DNA of 50,466 nt, from NCBI GenBank assembly GCA_029856105.1, contig JAHQWH010000036.1, positions 1-50,466 on the forward strand, in the 5' to 3' direction. This DNA is from Promethearchaeia archaeon. GTDB taxonomy: Archaea > Asgardarchaeota > Lokiarchaeia > Sigyniarchaeales > SOKP01. This document shows, one piece after another, positions 1 through 10,478 of this stretch; the stretch's first letter is position 1, and the number at the start of each line of letters is the position of its first letter. Below the pieces are notes generated by a model, which had not been told where the DNA came from, did no database searches, and saw only the letters and a program-made list of their open reading frames with translations. Both the position numbers and the translations under genes were made by a program.

Positions 1-888
1 TTCTAATTTTTTTTTTATAAAAATAGAAATTTGGTTTTTTATAGTATCAACAAGCTCTAATACATTGTTAAAGCTCTGATAGGATTGGTCATAATACTCT
101 TCTCCAAGATAATAATATAATTTCCCAAACTTTATACGAGTTTGGATGACTCCATAAACATCGTTGGTTTTTGTAAAGAATTCCAGATTGTTTTTCAATA
201 TTTTGGTAACACGATCATAATCTTTTAAAGAAATTAGGATTTCAACTAAATTACTTGAAGTTTTTATTGCGTCTAATTCTAGGCTTTCTTTTTTGGTTAA
301 AGTTAGCGCCTTTTGATAATATTTGTAAGAGCTTTTTAAATCATTGATTAAATAATAGACATTTCCTAAGTTATTTAAAACCTGAACTTTCTTCTGATTA
401 TCTTCAAGATTTTCTAAAATTATAAGAGCACTATCAAAATGATAGATTGCTTGATCAAAAAATCCTGTTTCTTCATGGATTAAACCTAATTCGTTATGGC
501 ATATGACTGCATTTAAGAATTCTTTTTCGTCAAGAAAGTTTTCTAGGGCCAACTCTAAATTTTTTAAGGCGTTAGGGAAATCTCTTTTTTTATAGAATAA
601 ACTTGCTTTCTTTAATAAGAGATCTCCCATATTTTTACCAAATCTTTCGTTCTCTGCTAGTTGATCTTCTAGTTCGTTCAGTTCGCGTTCAACAACCTCA
701 TCGTCGAGAATGTTGATATCATAATAATCTTCTTCAAAGTCGTTAGTATAAAATGAAGCCTCATCGTGAGAGTCTCTTACTCTTTGATTTAATTCGTTGT
801 CAAGGTTCGTAATTAAAGGTTTATTACAATTACGGCAATACGTCCAATATTGCTCAATTGGCTTCTTACAAAATGGACAATAATTCAT
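1..888 (-). CDS. Zinc-ribbon + TPR-repeat protein (partial, runs off window start)
   Basis: Not in the ORF track. Manual translation from ATG 888 gives MNYCPFCKKPIEQYWTYCRNCNKPL (2x CxxC), an acidic linker, then TPR-like repeats (CHNELGLIHEETGFFDQAIYHF; VLNNLGNVYY). The frame is open to position 1. Confidence 0.85.
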   Translation of the reverse strand, partial: MNYCPFCKKPIEQYWTYCRNCNKPLITNLDNELNQRVRDSHDEASFYTNDFEEDYYDINILDDEVVERELNELEDQLAENERFGKNMGDLLLKKASLFYKKRDFPNALKNLELALENFLDEKEFLNAVICHNELGLIHEETGFFDQAIYHFDSALIILENLEDNQKKVQVLNNLGNVYYLINDLKSSYKYYQKALTLTKKESLELDAIKTSSNLVEILISLKDYDRVTKILKNNLEFFTKTNDVYGVIQTRIKFGKLYYYLGEEYYDQSYQSFNNVLELVDTIKNQISIFIKKKLE

Positions 889-1010
889 TACTAAGTGAAC
901 ACTTGAAGTATTTTATTTAGATTACTTTAATTAAAAATGAAAATTCGTTCATTTATAATTATTTAAATTGTGTTTTGAAACGTGATTATTTTCCAATTTA
1001 TCAATAATTG

Positions 1011-1943
1011 CTATTTTATTCTAAGGTTTCGATAATTTCTTAGCTCTTTTTCTATTTCTTCCTCATTTAATCCTAATGATTTTAAAAGAATTTTTATTTG
1101 AATAATTGAATTCTTTACTTTAAATTTTTCAGAAGTACTTAATGCTTTAATATATACTTCTTTAGCGGCATTCATCTTACCCTGGTAAACCAAAATCTCC
1201 CCAACATATCCTAACCCTTTTAAAATTAGTTCTATATAATTCGAATCAATTGCAATATTAGTTCCTTTTTTAAAATATCTAATGGCTTGACTAAAATCGT
1301 TCCCTCTTTTTTCAAGGATGCCTAAATTAAAATAAGAAACGATAGTGCCCCTATTATCGTTTAATTCTTTAAAAGCTTTGAGAGTTTTTTTGTATAATTC
1401 AGATACAACGTCCCAGTTCTCTTGTTTTTCATGAATATAAATTAAATTACCTAAACAGTCCAATAAGTTGTAAATATCGTTGATATTTGAACATAAAGCG
1501 CTACATTCAAGCAAGTTATCACACGCTTCGTCAAATTGGTTTAATTTAATTAAGTTGATTCCAATTCCTTTTAAGCAAGTAATTTGCTCCTGTATCTGAT
1601 TAAACTCTTTATAAATTTCATGTGCCATATTGTAATAATCAATAGATTTCTGGTATGCGCAACTTTTGAAATGTAAAATTCCTAGGATCCCATAAACAGC
1701 AGCTTTTCCTAAAATATCGCGTTGTTTTTCGAAATGTTTTAAACAAACGTGTAAATTTTTTTCTGAGTTTGTGTATTGTTCAACTTCAAGTTGCATGAAT
1801 GCTAAATTACTTAATTCTTTAATATATTCTGAATGTTTACCGTACTTTTCTAATTCTTTTAATCTCTCTTCAGTTTCTTCAATTAATTTTTCGATTTCTT
1901 CTCTTGTTAGCTCAATATGTTCTTTAACGTGAATATTCTTATT
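1011..1943 (-). CDS. TPR-repeat protein; true start uncertain (frame open upstream of ATG 1796 to 1943)
   Basis: TPR-like motifs (YFNLGILE...QAIRYFKKG; GLGYVGEIL). About 49 further sense codons lie upstream of the tracked ATG. Confidence 0.75.
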   Translation of the reverse strand, partial: NKNIHVKEHIELTREEIEKLIEETEERLKELEKYGKHSEYIKELSNLAFMQLEVEQYTNSEKNLHVCLKHFEKQRDILGKAAVYGILGILHFKSCAYQKSIDYYNMAHEIYKEFNQIQEQITCLKGIGINLIKLNQFDEACDNLLECSALCSNINDIYNLLDCLGNLIYIHEKQENWDVVSELYKKTLKAFKELNDNRGTIVSYFNLGILEKRGNDFSQAIRYFKKGTNIAIDSNYIELILKGLGYVGEILVYQGKMNAAKEVYIKALSTSEKFKVKNSIIQIKILLKSLGLNEEEIEKELRNYRNLRIK

Positions 1944-2058
1944 TCACCATTTAGTTTTATTGTTGTTTTATTTTAGTTTTTAATTCCTCTTTTATTAACT
2001 CTGTTTCATTCTCAGTCACAAAAATTTTATATAATTAGTAGTTCCTTATACAATCTTC

Positions 2059-2502
2059 TTATAATATATCTTCTAAAATCATTGCAGAATCTTTTACATA
2101 TTGAAAGCACTTCTTTTCAAAAAAATCATTTCGCTCGTAGTAGGATTTTCCTTCAGGTGTATTAATATCACAACCAAGCAATTCTTTACAAATTATAGAG
2201 CCATGAATTTCTTGAAATCGATTTGAAAATTCTCTTATAATCTGATACGTCTTTTCTTTCGCTTCTGTATCGTCCATTATTCCCATACCATATCTTAAAC
2301 CAATAACCATAAAAGCTCCAGACACTGCACCACATGTATTTTGTAAACGGGTCATTCCGCCTCCAAATCCTGTAGATAATCTTAGAGCGGTATTTCTATC
2401 TAATCCATATTGAGTGGCAAAAGAACTTAATATTGATTGAGCACAATTAAAATCTCCTCTAAAGGAAGAAATAGCTTTCTCTATTCCAGATATTTCGAAC
2501 AA
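2059..2502 (-). CDS. C_GCAxxG_C_C family putative redox-active protein
   Basis: FNCAQS, GFGGG, TCGAVSGA and CKELLG motifs. Confidence 0.9.
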   Translation of the reverse strand: MFEISGIEKAISSFRGDFNCAQSILSSFATQYGLDRNTALRLSTGFGGGMTRLQNTCGAVSGAFMVIGLRYGMGIMDDTEAKEKTYQIIREFSNRFQEIHGSIICKELLGCDINTPEGKSYYERNDFFEKKCFQYVKDSAMILEDIL

Positions 2503-2614
2503 CTCCTTTTTTTTTATGAATATTGCAATTTAAATGTATAAAAAATATAAAATTTCTTATCATTATTTAATTAATGAAATAATTGATTATTTTTTAACAA
2601 AGTGTTGATTTTAA

Positions 2615-3727
2615 ATGAAATTTAAAGCAAGATTGTGGGATTCATTGGGAGATAATAAAGTAAAATGTCATGTTTGCGCTAATGAATGTGTTATTCTACC
2701 CGGGAAAATAGGAATTTGTAGAACTCGAAAAAATTTTGATGGAGAATTATATACTCTTATTTATGGATCTATGATCTCTAGTGGAAGTTTAGACCCTATT
2801 GAAAAAAAACCTTTATATAATTTTTGGCCTGGTGCTACAGCTTATTCGATCGCTTCCATAGGGTGTTCTTTTAGATGCCTGAATTGCCAAAATTGGAATA
2901 TAAGCCAAGCAAATCCAACTGATAATGGTAAAAATGGTTTTTACTCTTTAGAAGAATTAGAAAATCGAAAAATGTCTTTAGTAGAAATGACACCAGAACA
3001 ACTTGTTGAAAATGTTAAAAAAAGCGGTGCTACAACATTAGCATACACATATAACGAACCTCTAATCTGGCACGAATGGATACTGGATACCGCAAAATTA
3101 CTTAAACAAGAAAATATTAAGCCCATTTTAGTAACAAATGGGTTTTCTACGGCAGAAGCTACAAAAGAGTTAATAGAGGTTGGGATTGATGCTGCTAACA
3201 TCGATATAAAATCAATGTCAGACGAGTTCTATAAGACGATATGTGGCGTGAATTCAGTACAGCCTGTTTTGGACACTGCTAAAAGATTTAAATCAAATGG
3301 AATTCACATAGAAATCACCAACCTAATCATTCCAGATTTGAACGATAGCAACGCTGAAATTGAAAAATTAACTAATTGGATTGTCGAAAATCTAGGAGTT
3401 GATACTCCTACACACTTCTCTGCTTATCATCCAGACTTTAAGCAGCCATCTAAGAAAAGGACTCCATTTGAAACATTAGATAATGCTTATAATATAGCCA
3501 AAAAAGCAGGTTTGAATTATGTATATGTTGGTAATATAAGACACGAAAAAGGAGGAAATACTTACTGTCCAAATTGTAATCATTTAATTATACGTAGAAG
3601 TGGTTACAGCCTTACCAAAGTTGATATTACATCCGCAAAACATTGCCCAAACTGCCAATACGATTTAAGTAATGATATTAAAGGAGAAATTAATAGAAAT
3701 ACCTTTCATAGATTTAACTACTTCTAA
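2615..3727 (+). CDS. amrS: AmmeMemoRadiSam system radical SAM enzyme
   Basis: N-terminal CHVC..C..C, DPIEKKPLYNF, radical SAM motif CSFRCLNCQN, YTYNEP, C-terminal CPNC pair. Confidence 0.9.
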   Translation: MKFKARLWDSLGDNKVKCHVCANECVILPGKIGICRTRKNFDGELYTLIYGSMISSGSLDPIEKKPLYNFWPGATAYSIASIGCSFRCLNCQNWNISQANPTDNGKNGFYSLEELENRKMSLVEMTPEQLVENVKKSGATTLAYTYNEPLIWHEWILDTAKLLKQENIKPILVTNGFSTAEATKELIEVGIDAANIDIKSMSDEFYKTICGVNSVQPVLDTAKRFKSNGIHIEITNLIIPDLNDSNAEIEKLTNWIVENLGVDTPTHFSAYHPDFKQPSKKRTPFETLDNAYNIAKKAGLNYVYVGNIRHEKGGNTYCPNCNHLIIRRSGYSLTKVDITSAKHCPNCQYDLSNDIKGEINRNTFHRFNYF

Positions 3728-3771
3728 AATACTATATGTAAAAAGAAAAATATAATAAAAATTAAAAAAAA

Positions 3772-4443
3772 TTAGAAAATTCCTGAAATTGAAACTCCTA
3801 TTACTAGGAGCAAGAACCCTTGAAGTATACAGAATCCTGCGATTATAAAGGCTAAAATTGGCCATGAAATTGCCTTCGAAATTGACATCAAAGCTCCAAT
3901 GTAAAATTTGACAGTAAGAGCGACAATAGCGAAAATTACTATAAAAACTATTACTAATAGCAACTTTGGATTAATATAAATTGCAATTACTTGAACAATG
4001 TGGTCAGGAATAGCCATTGAAACAACGACAACGACAATAGAAGCTAATAAAATTCCTAAAACGCTTGAAATCGGGAGATCGTTTAATGGTTTTAAAAGCG
4101 TTAGTATCCCTAGAATAATAAGGAAAGCAGAAGTAAATAAACTTTTAGCGTCTTGAGTATTAGCTGCGTATGCTACGCTTGGCGCTTGATCGAGAATAAG
4201 CCCACCAACACCGCTAAGTAAACCAAAAATACCGACAACTATTCCTAAATATGTGAAAAATTTCAAGAACTTTGTAATGTCAAAGTTCCAATCCTCTACC
4301 TTTCTTTTTTTGACGGATCCTCTTCTTTTAGCCTCGTAAAATGCGTAGACTAACCACATAGCGCCAAGAACTAACGTAAAGAATCCAGCAAGTTCTGCTA
4401 AAGGTCTTAAAAAACTTTCTGTAAAATCAAATTGATATATCAA
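3772..4443 (-). CDS. Multi-pass membrane protein of unknown function
   Basis: About 6 hydrophobic segments; no recognisable motif. Confidence 0.7.
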   Translation of the reverse strand: MIYQFDFTESFLRPLAELAGFFTLVLGAMWLVYAFYEAKRRGSVKKRKVEDWNFDITKFLKFFTYLGIVVGIFGLLSGVGGLILDQAPSVAYAANTQDAKSLFTSAFLIILGILTLLKPLNDLPISSVLGILLASIVVVVVSMAIPDHIVQVIAIYINPKLLLVIVFIVIFAIVALTVKFYIGALMSISKAISWPILAFIIAGFCILQGFLLLVIGVSISGIF

Positions 4444-4578
4444 TAAATTTCACTCTTTTAAATTGTTTAAAATTGTTATTATGTTGAATATTACTTTTTA
4501 AGTATTTATATTTCATCTAGTCCAATTTTTAAGATGCATGATATTGAATAAAGTGTAAAAATAAGATTTGTTCAATAA

Positions 4579-6273
4579 TTATTGTATGAATGAAACTGTT
4601 TTTTTAATGTAATCCAAATAGTTATTGATTTCTTTTTTGGTTGTCTCGTCTCCCCAAGAATATTCTTTCTGCATAATCTTTGCCACTTTTTCTGCTGCTT
4701 CAGAAGCTCTTCGGTGATGTATCCATAGTGACATCTCTGTTCGTCGACAAAATACATCAATCAAATGAGGTGATAGTTCGTATCTTAGTACATAAATAAT
4801 TTCCGCATTTATAAAATCATTTTCATCGATGATTCGTTCTTTTAGAGACTTGTCTTCTTTTATCATCTCGAGGATTTGGATTGCACCTTTCCCGTATTGT
4901 TGATAAAGGTGATCTGAAAGTTCCTCATCTAATTTGACACCTGATTTTTCTAGTATATTTAACCATTCATCTTTCTCTAGTGAAATTATGAAGGTTTGTC
5001 GAGACCAGTATTTTTCTCTTTTAATTCCTGGAAAAATTTCCTTTTCTTCCACAGATACAAATAAATCTTCGGCCATTTCACGCCATTCAGTCAGTTTTCC
5101 GCCAGTTATTGTTAACAAATTATCATCTGAAAAAAAGATAACATGTTGTCGTGAAACTTCACTTTCTGATTTTCCTTTTTGCATTACTAATGGTCTAATT
5201 CCTGCATATGTAGAAAGAATATGATCATAATCTAAATTTGCGTTCGGATAAAATTTCTTAACGGACTTAATTAAGTAGTCTGCATCCTCTTTATCACAAA
5301 ACGGACTTGCTAAATCACCGTGGAAATCAGTATCAGTCGTTCCTACTAGTGTATACTTTTTATCCCTTGGAATAATAAAGAAGAATCTATTATCAACATC
5401 TGAATATAGACCACTTGCTATATTATTTCCAATGTCTTCACGTTTATAGAGGAGATGAACACCTTTAGTTGATCTAATTAGTGGTTTTGGAATATTTTCG
5501 GGATAGCTCTCCAATAGATTATCCGTCCATATACCTGTTGCATTGATTACTAAAGTAGCCCGAATTTTAAAATCAAATTCATTAACTAGATCTCTGCATT
5601 TTACCCCAACGATTGTCCCATTGTTTTTGATATACCCAATAACCTCACAATAATTTATCACATCCGCTCCTCTTATTACGGCTTCCTTTAGAATTTCAAT
5701 TGTTAAACGAGCATCATCAATGTTCGTATCGTAATATATTACACCCCCTTGTAGACCCCTTTTTGAAAATTCAGGTTCTAATTTATAAAATTCTTCAGCG
5801 GTGTAGGTTTTACTTTTTTGGTAATTTTTAAATTCTGATTTATCATCGCTTAAAAAATCATAAATTTTAGTGGCATTTTGTAAAACGCGCTTTTTATACT
5901 TTGATCCTTCAATAAATGGTAAAGCAAATGGAAGAGGTCTAACTAAATGAGGTATTTGAACTCGCATCCAATTCCTTTCACGAGATGCTTTTTTAACTAA
6001 ATCCATTTCACTACGAGCTATATATCTAATTCCGCCATGCGCCATTTTTGTACTTCTCGATGAAGTCCCTGCAGCAAAATCTTGCATATCTACTATAGCA
6101 ACTTTAAGCCCCCTCATCGCTGCTTCTCGAGCTACTCCTGCTCCCGTAACACCTGCCCCTATTATGAAAATGTCGTAACTTTCTTCTTTTAATTTCTTAA
6201 TAAAAAAATCTCTGTTTTTATAATTCCAAGCTTGATCAAATAATTTTTTTTCCAAATCTTCCATTTTAACCAT
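4579..6273 (-). CDS. glpD: FAD-dependent glycerol-3-phosphate dehydrogenase/oxidase (GlpA/GlpD family)
   Basis: IIGAGVTG, GTSSRSTKMAHGGIRY, DDARL, GTTD, YAGIRPL, GGKLT. Confidence 0.9.
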   Translation of the reverse strand: MVKMEDLEKKLFDQAWNYKNRDFFIKKLKEESYDIFIIGAGVTGAGVAREAAMRGLKVAIVDMQDFAAGTSSRSTKMAHGGIRYIARSEMDLVKKASRERNWMRVQIPHLVRPLPFALPFIEGSKYKKRVLQNATKIYDFLSDDKSEFKNYQKSKTYTAEEFYKLEPEFSKRGLQGGVIYYDTNIDDARLTIEILKEAVIRGADVINYCEVIGYIKNNGTIVGVKCRDLVNEFDFKIRATLVINATGIWTDNLLESYPENIPKPLIRSTKGVHLLYKREDIGNNIASGLYSDVDNRFFFIIPRDKKYTLVGTTDTDFHGDLASPFCDKEDADYLIKSVKKFYPNANLDYDHILSTYAGIRPLVMQKGKSESEVSRQHVIFFSDDNLLTITGGKLTEWREMAEDLFVSVEEKEIFPGIKREKYWSRQTFIISLEKDEWLNILEKSGVKLDEELSDHLYQQYGKGAIQILEMIKEDKSLKERIIDENDFINAEIIYVLRYELSPHLIDVFCRRTEMSLWIHHRRASEAAEKVAKIMQKEYSWGDETTKKEINNYLDYIKKTVSFIQ

Positions 6274-6401
6274 GTTTAGAAAATTCTGGACTATAAATAA
6301 GGTTTCTTAATGTTTCTATTATCAATACTTTTGATTTTTAAGACATAAATAAATTGATATACTTGTAATCTTATTGTTTTATATATTATAAGGTGATAAA
6401 A

Positions 6402-6833
6402 ATGGTAAATTCTGAATTATTAAATGAGATTAAATTAAAATTATCAGATGGTAGTGCTATGCCTGGAGATTGTCTCAAACTTTTTGAAATATATAAACAG
6501 ATCTCATCAGAAAATGCGGGATTGAGAGATGAATTCGAAGATATGGCCATGTTAGATATGGACTTCTTAGGACAAATAATTATATCAGATGAAAACAAGA
6601 AATTTTGGCTTAAATTCAACGAAGGAAAAGTGGATTATGGAGAGGGTGATGCCGATAATCCCTCATTAACCTTTACCACCAATATGGCGACTTTTACAGG
6701 AATTCTTTATGGAACAATTGAGATTTCTGGCGCACATGAAGCCGGAGATGTCAGCTTTGATGGTGGTAGTGAAGCTCTAATGGATCTTCAGGCTATTACT
6801 TCCGTTTTGAATGATTTTTTACAAAACATCTAA
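6402..6833 (+). CDS. SCP2 sterol/lipid-binding domain protein
   Basis: GGTGA RBS before ATG 6402; SCP2-like pattern (WLKFNEGKVDYGEG...PSLTF...GDVSFDG). Confidence 0.7.
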   Translation: MVNSELLNEIKLKLSDGSAMPGDCLKLFEIYKQISSENAGLRDEFEDMAMLDMDFLGQIIISDENKKFWLKFNEGKVDYGEGDADNPSLTFTTNMATFTGILYGTIEISGAHEAGDVSFDGGSEALMDLQAITSVLNDFLQNI

Positions 6834-6921
6834 TATTTTATATGTTTAATGCGGATCTGATGTAAGAATTTATGAGTTTAATTATTATTATATGGTAATT
6901 TAGGATGATATCTCTAAAATG

Positions 6922-7317
6922 TTATTTTTTTTTGCTCGATTTCAACTCTTTTTCTAGCATTTTAATTTTAATATCAATATCTTTCGTTTTAGTTTTCTTT
7001 TCTTTTTCAATCGCTTTCAAATTATGGTTTAAGGTTTTTTCCTTCTCTAATTTCAAAGAATTGCATTCTGATTCCAATTTCTTTGTAATAGAAAGTAATT
7101 CTTTCTTTTTTGCCGTTAGGTCATTAATTTTTTTGAGTAGATCGTTTAAATCAGTTTGTTGATGAAGCAATTGTTCCCCAAGGTCTTTAATTTTAGGATC
7201 AAATTCTTCATTACATTTATTTGTTAAATAGGTTTCTTTTTGTTTCGCTGTCTGTTCAATTTTCTCAATTTCTACTGCTATCTTATTAATTTGATCCCTA
7301 AGTTCTTCGTCTGACAT
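6922..7317 (-). CDS. Coiled-coil hypothetical protein
   Basis: K/E/L-rich heptads; likely start MSDEEL at 7317. Confidence 0.7.
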   Translation of the reverse strand: MSDEELRDQINKIAVEIEKIEQTAKQKETYLTNKCNEEFDPKIKDLGEQLLHQQTDLNDLLKKINDLTAKKKELLSITKKLESECNSLKLEKEKTLNHNLKAIEKEKKTKTKDIDIKIKMLEKELKSSKKK

Positions 7318-7481
7318 TTTGATTTTAATCGTTTTAATTATATACCATTTTTTAAGCAAAAATGATTAATATTGGAAAATCATAATATAATTTTACTTAA
7401 TTAAAATACCGATTGAACTCTATATAAATTTTGATTCTTCTTCTTTTTATAATCAACCAAATATACTTTTTTCATTGTATT

Positions 7482-8666
7482 TTAAGGAAAATTAGGGTTA
7501 TCATTATCAATAAATTCCATATATCTACTTACAAATTGAGATAATTGATTAAAGTTTGGAGAATTTCCAGTTCTTACAAAAATAGCCGTTAGAGCGTTGC
7601 CCATGAGAATTGCTTCAGGAGGGGTAAGGCCACACGATAACCCTAAAACCGTTCCCGAATGAAAATAATCGCCTGCACCAACGGTAAATTTAGGTTTTGA
7701 AGTAAATCCTTCAGTTATCCAATAATGTTCTTCTACAGTAGAGATCGTTGCGAAGTGAGGAGAATGAATTACTAAATAGGATAATTTCATTTCTGTATTA
7801 AGCCGTTTTCCACCGTCAATGTAATCAGTTGAATTTTCTCGATACGGAGCGAAGGTTTTAACATTATCTAATACTTTAGAAAGGAAATGAGCTTCCAGAT
7901 CGTTAGCGCTTAGCATAACTGGAACTAGTTGATCTATTTTTTGAAGAATTTTTATCAAATCTAAAAGATCTTGTCTCGAGCGTTTTCTTATATCGGCTAT
8001 GTCTACGAAAAATATTTTTTCTTTTAAATTGGATATAGAAGGAAAGAGTTCATCCAAAAAATGTTGCCATATATCGTTTAGATTTGGTATTAAAGCCCAA
8101 TGTCCAAAACCCATAATATCAGATGCTTCTATTATCTTAATTAACTTGCCTAGTTTTACATTATCCATTAACATTTTCCAATCAATGTTTAAAATGGGGG
8201 TAAAATCAGTTATCATAACTTTTCCATCGTCAAACTCTAACCCTAACGTTTGACCAGGATTAGAAATCGAAATTGATTCTACTTCAGGTAGTTGGTAATA
8301 AAATTCGTTAAGTTTAGGATGTCCTAAAGCCGCAATTAAATATATTTTTGTTCCAAAAGCATTCAATGCTCGACAAGTGTTAGGTGCAAAACCGCCAAAG
8401 ATCCTCTTTTTTAAGACTCTCTCAATATTTGCTGAACTTCCAGCAACCTCAATTAATAATTCTCCAAAAGACTTCATGCTCTCCATTCTTGTCCATTTTT
8501 TTGCGTTCATCCTGCTCTGGACTAAAGAATAAAGAGAATCAACATACCCATCAAAACCCAAAAAACAAGACTTTTTTACTACAGTTGTCTGAACGGATTC
8601 TAATTTTTTAGTTATTGAATCTAAAGTTTTTAAAGTAACATCGTAGTCGTTTAGCTTCCTATACAT
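7482..8666 (-). CDS. PfkB/ribokinase-family carbohydrate kinase-like protein
   Basis: C-terminal TVGAGDYF motif; N-terminal GFDGYVD. Confidence 0.75.
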   Translation of the reverse strand: MYRKLNDYDVTLKTLDSITKKLESVQTTVVKKSCFLGFDGYVDSLYSLVQSRMNAKKWTRMESMKSFGELLIEVAGSSANIERVLKKRIFGGFAPNTCRALNAFGTKIYLIAALGHPKLNEFYYQLPEVESISISNPGQTLGLEFDDGKVMITDFTPILNIDWKMLMDNVKLGKLIKIIEASDIMGFGHWALIPNLNDIWQHFLDELFPSISNLKEKIFFVDIADIRKRSRQDLLDLIKILQKIDQLVPVMLSANDLEAHFLSKVLDNVKTFAPYRENSTDYIDGGKRLNTEMKLSYLVIHSPHFATISTVEEHYWITEGFTSKPKFTVGAGDYFHSGTVLGLSCGLTPPEAILMGNALTAIFVRTGNSPNFNQLSQFVSRYMEFIDNDNPNFP

Positions 8667-8747
8667 AAATGATGATATTCTTTATCTTTTATAAAATTTA
8701 ATTATGGATCAATAAGAAATGAAGTTATATTTCAGACAACGATAAAT

Positions 8748-9386
8748 TTATTTTTTAAATACAAACGCAATCAAATGTTCAATTCCGAATTCCTTAGAAG
8801 TTTGAATTTTGTGATGGATTTTGAGAGCTTTCATCCCTAACAGAGAAAATATCGTAAGAATCTCTTCTTCTCTGTAAGCACGTGAATACATTTTTTCGCC
8901 CATTAATTCAACAATAACTTCTTTGTCTACATCTTCACCTTCAACCCGGGGCTCATTTAGCGACAAGTATAATAAACCTTTGTCTTTCAGTGATTTAACG
9001 ATTCGATTTGCTACATCCTTGAATAACTGAGGGCTGAGTAAAAGCATTGAATAGCTTGAGAACACACCATCAAATTTTTTATCATAGTCTAAATCTGTCA
9101 TTGATAATTCTTTGAAATTAGCTAGAGGAACATTTTTTTGTGCGATTTTGATCATCTGGGACGAAATATCAACCCCTAAAACATTAAAACCTTTTTCTAC
9201 AAATAATTTAGCGAAAGGTAAGCCAGTTCCAGAGCCTAAATCTAAAATAAAACCATTTTTTGGGAGTCTATCACAAAAAAAATCAATTAACGGGTTTGAA
9301 CTTGTATATTTAGCTTTAGCATACTTTTCTGCTACATTATTCCAAGCTTTTTTGTTTAATGAAATAATGTTAAATTTTTCATCCAT
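8748..9386 (-). CDS. Class I SAM-dependent methyltransferase
   Basis: ILDLGSGTG, GVDIS. Confidence 0.9.
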   Translation of the reverse strand: MDEKFNIISLNKKAWNNVAEKYAKAKYTSSNPLIDFFCDRLPKNGFILDLGSGTGLPFAKLFVEKGFNVLGVDISSQMIKIAQKNVPLANFKELSMTDLDYDKKFDGVFSSYSMLLLSPQLFKDVANRIVKSLKDKGLLYLSLNEPRVEGEDVDKEVIVELMGEKMYSRAYREEEILTIFSLLGMKALKIHHKIQTSKEFGIEHLIAFVFKK

Positions 9387-9419
9387 ACATAGAAATTTAA
9401 TTTCTACAACAAAATAAAA

Positions 9420-10391
9420 TTAAGCTTCCAATAATTTTTGGAGAATCAAAGGCATAGAATAAATATCCCAATAGTTATGTTCAATAATTTCTTTTACTAA
9501 TCCCACATATCTTAAAGAATCTTCCAAATACTTTTTGTAGCACAATCCAACTAATCCACTTGGTAATTCGTTATCCCTTTTCAGATTTAATAGTTTATCT
9601 TCCATGTTTGTTAGCGTATATTTCTCGAAGCTTCCTCTGTATTTCCTACGGCAATTATGATATAGGTCTATATGGTGAAATTTTGTGTTAAACCTCTCGT
9701 AGGGCTCTTCCTCGTTAGTAATCATTGGATTTTCGTCAAAAAAATACAGAAAACGGTTGGCGATGTAAGGAATATCAAATGATTTTCCGTTATAGCTAAT
9801 TAGACATTTAAAATTCGGTAAAATTGCCGTTTTAAGGTGCTCATTCATTGCGATCTCCTCTTCCAAGTCTCTTGCAAAAAGTATGCGGATTTCAAATTTA
9901 TCGTTTTTAAAAAATCCTAACCCAATAACAATTATGGGACTATCATACAATCCTAAAGTTTCTATATCGAGAAAAAGGAAATCCTCCTTATCAAAACAAA
10001 AAGCAACATCTAAATCGTAAATATATCTATTTCTACACAGAAGGTTGTATTTTTTATTTTCAATTAGATCCAAGATATGACGAGCAGATTCGTTGTATTT
10101 TAAATTAGTTCTCAAATCGTACAGAGATTGTACTCCTTTTTTATTTAGTTGATGTTCTATATTTTCACCAATATAATAAACCGTCTTTAAGTTACGAAGA
10201 AGTTTATTCCTTGAGAGAGTTAAATTTAAGTCGCATGAAAAAGTCTCTTCTTTCCAAGTAATTTCCATGAACTGCCCCATGCTATTTCTTACAATGGTGT
10301 GATTGCGGAAAATATCTTCGATTTTCTTGTCCTTAAATTGATCTGCTAAGTGAGTTATATCAAATGTCTCGAAGTTATAGAAGTAATCCAT
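9420..10391 (-). CDS. RNase H-like (YprB/RNase_H_2) DEDD exonuclease-fold protein
   Basis: FLDIETLG, SYNGKSFDIPY, HIDL, HNYWD. Confidence 0.85.
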   Translation of the reverse strand: MDYFYNFETFDITHLADQFKDKKIEDIFRNHTIVRNSMGQFMEITWKEETFSCDLNLTLSRNKLLRNLKTVYYIGENIEHQLNKKGVQSLYDLRTNLKYNESARHILDLIENKKYNLLCRNRYIYDLDVAFCFDKEDFLFLDIETLGLYDSPIIVIGLGFFKNDKFEIRILFARDLEEEIAMNEHLKTAILPNFKCLISYNGKSFDIPYIANRFLYFFDENPMITNEEEPYERFNTKFHHIDLYHNCRRKYRGSFEKYTLTNMEDKLLNLKRDNELPSGLVGLCYKKYLEDSLRYVGLVKEIIEHNYWDIYSMPLILQKLLEA

Positions 10392-10478
10392 TATCAATAA
10401 TAAATAAGAATTTTTATTTAATAATTCAAACTCTGAAAATTTATAATAAAACTAAATAAATAAGGAAAAATGGATTTT

